A stretch of DNA of 64,000 nt, taken from NCBI GenBank assembly GCA_965220965.1, contig CBDCRI010000001.1, forward strand, positions 64,001 to 128,000, read 5' to 3'. Position numbers and translations under genes: made by a program. This document shows positions 63,594 to 64,000 of the stretch, one piece after another. The notes below the pieces were generated by a model, which worked only from the letters and a program-made list of their open reading frames with translations, was not told where the DNA came from and ran no database searches. Position 1 is the stretch's first letter. Every line of letters starts with the position of its first letter. Origin of the DNA: Candidatus Marinacidobacterium sp. (GTDB taxonomy: Bacteria; Acidobacteriota; Vicinamibacteria; Marinacidobacterales; Marinacidobacteraceae).

Positions 63594-64000
63594 ATGCCGA
63601 ACAGAACGCCCTTCGCCCGGTTCCGGGGAACGCTCGCCGCGGCCGCCTGCCTGGCCGCGGCGGCCGCCCCGGCCGCGGCCCCCGCCGGGGCGGCGCCGAA
63701 GGCCGCCGTGCACGGCGAGGCCCCGCTGGTCCGGCTGCGCGCGCCGTCGCGCGGCGAGGCGCGGCTGGTGTTCACCGACCGGGCCGGACGGCCGCTCGCC
63801 GTCACGCGGCTGGTGGACGCCGACGACGCCGGCGCCTCCACCGACGGCGCCTTCGTCACCTTGGGCCCCGCCGCGGACGCGGCCCCCTTCGCGGTGGCGC
63901 TGGAGCGCGGCACGGTGCCCATCGTCGTCCACGCCACCCGCCGCGGGGGGCGCGGCGCGCCGGCCCTGGCGTTCGTGCGGGTGCCGCCGCAGTGGCTGGC
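63594..64000 (+). CDS. Secreted IcmK/DotH (TraN)-like protein, partial
   Basis: GGAGG RBS; signal peptide; VRL..G..RLVFTD..GRP..V and V.L....PIV, as in the DotH beta domain. Confidence 0.5.
   Translation, partial: MPNRTPFARFRGTLAAAACLAAAAAPAAAPAGAAPKAAVHGEAPLVRLRAPSRGEARLVFTDRAGRPLAVTRLVDADDAGASTDGAFVTLGPAADAAPFAVALERGTVPIVVHATRRGGRGAPALAFVRVPPQWL

Overview
Very GC-rich segment of a large conjugative element, most likely a megaplasmid. It carries a ParM/ParR-type partition pair, two DnaB helicases, RecQ and its own sigma-70-like factor. No integrase, rRNA, tRNA or CRISPR array was seen. The backbone is a dispersed type IVB (Dot/Icm, IncI Tra-like) secretion system: dotC (partial), dotD, dotA, icmV/traX-like, icmC, icmX/traW-like, icmT, dotB, icmB, icmJ, four tandem IcmD/TraR-like pilin paralogues, icmP, icmO and a partial icmK-like gene. 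Accessory genes include a lytic transglycosylase, a DsbC-like protein, a SPOR protein and a DjlA-like co-chaperone. A lower-GC island (~6.2-14.6 kb) holds three toxin-antitoxin-like modules, a tandem gene duplication, a stand-alone paralogue of the DotL all-alpha domain, and two diverged copies of a ~150-nt structured non-coding element. A Dcm / radical SAM / Dcm / HsdR-N nuclease cassette sits between dotB and icmT. Top leads: the structured repeat element, a gene with its own RBS nested out of frame inside the DarB-like helicase, the DotL-domain paralogue, a shared C-terminal S-P tail on cargo proteins, and -10-only promoters alongside a sigma factor with a rewritten region 4.2. All calls are by-eye motif recognition; no searches were run.
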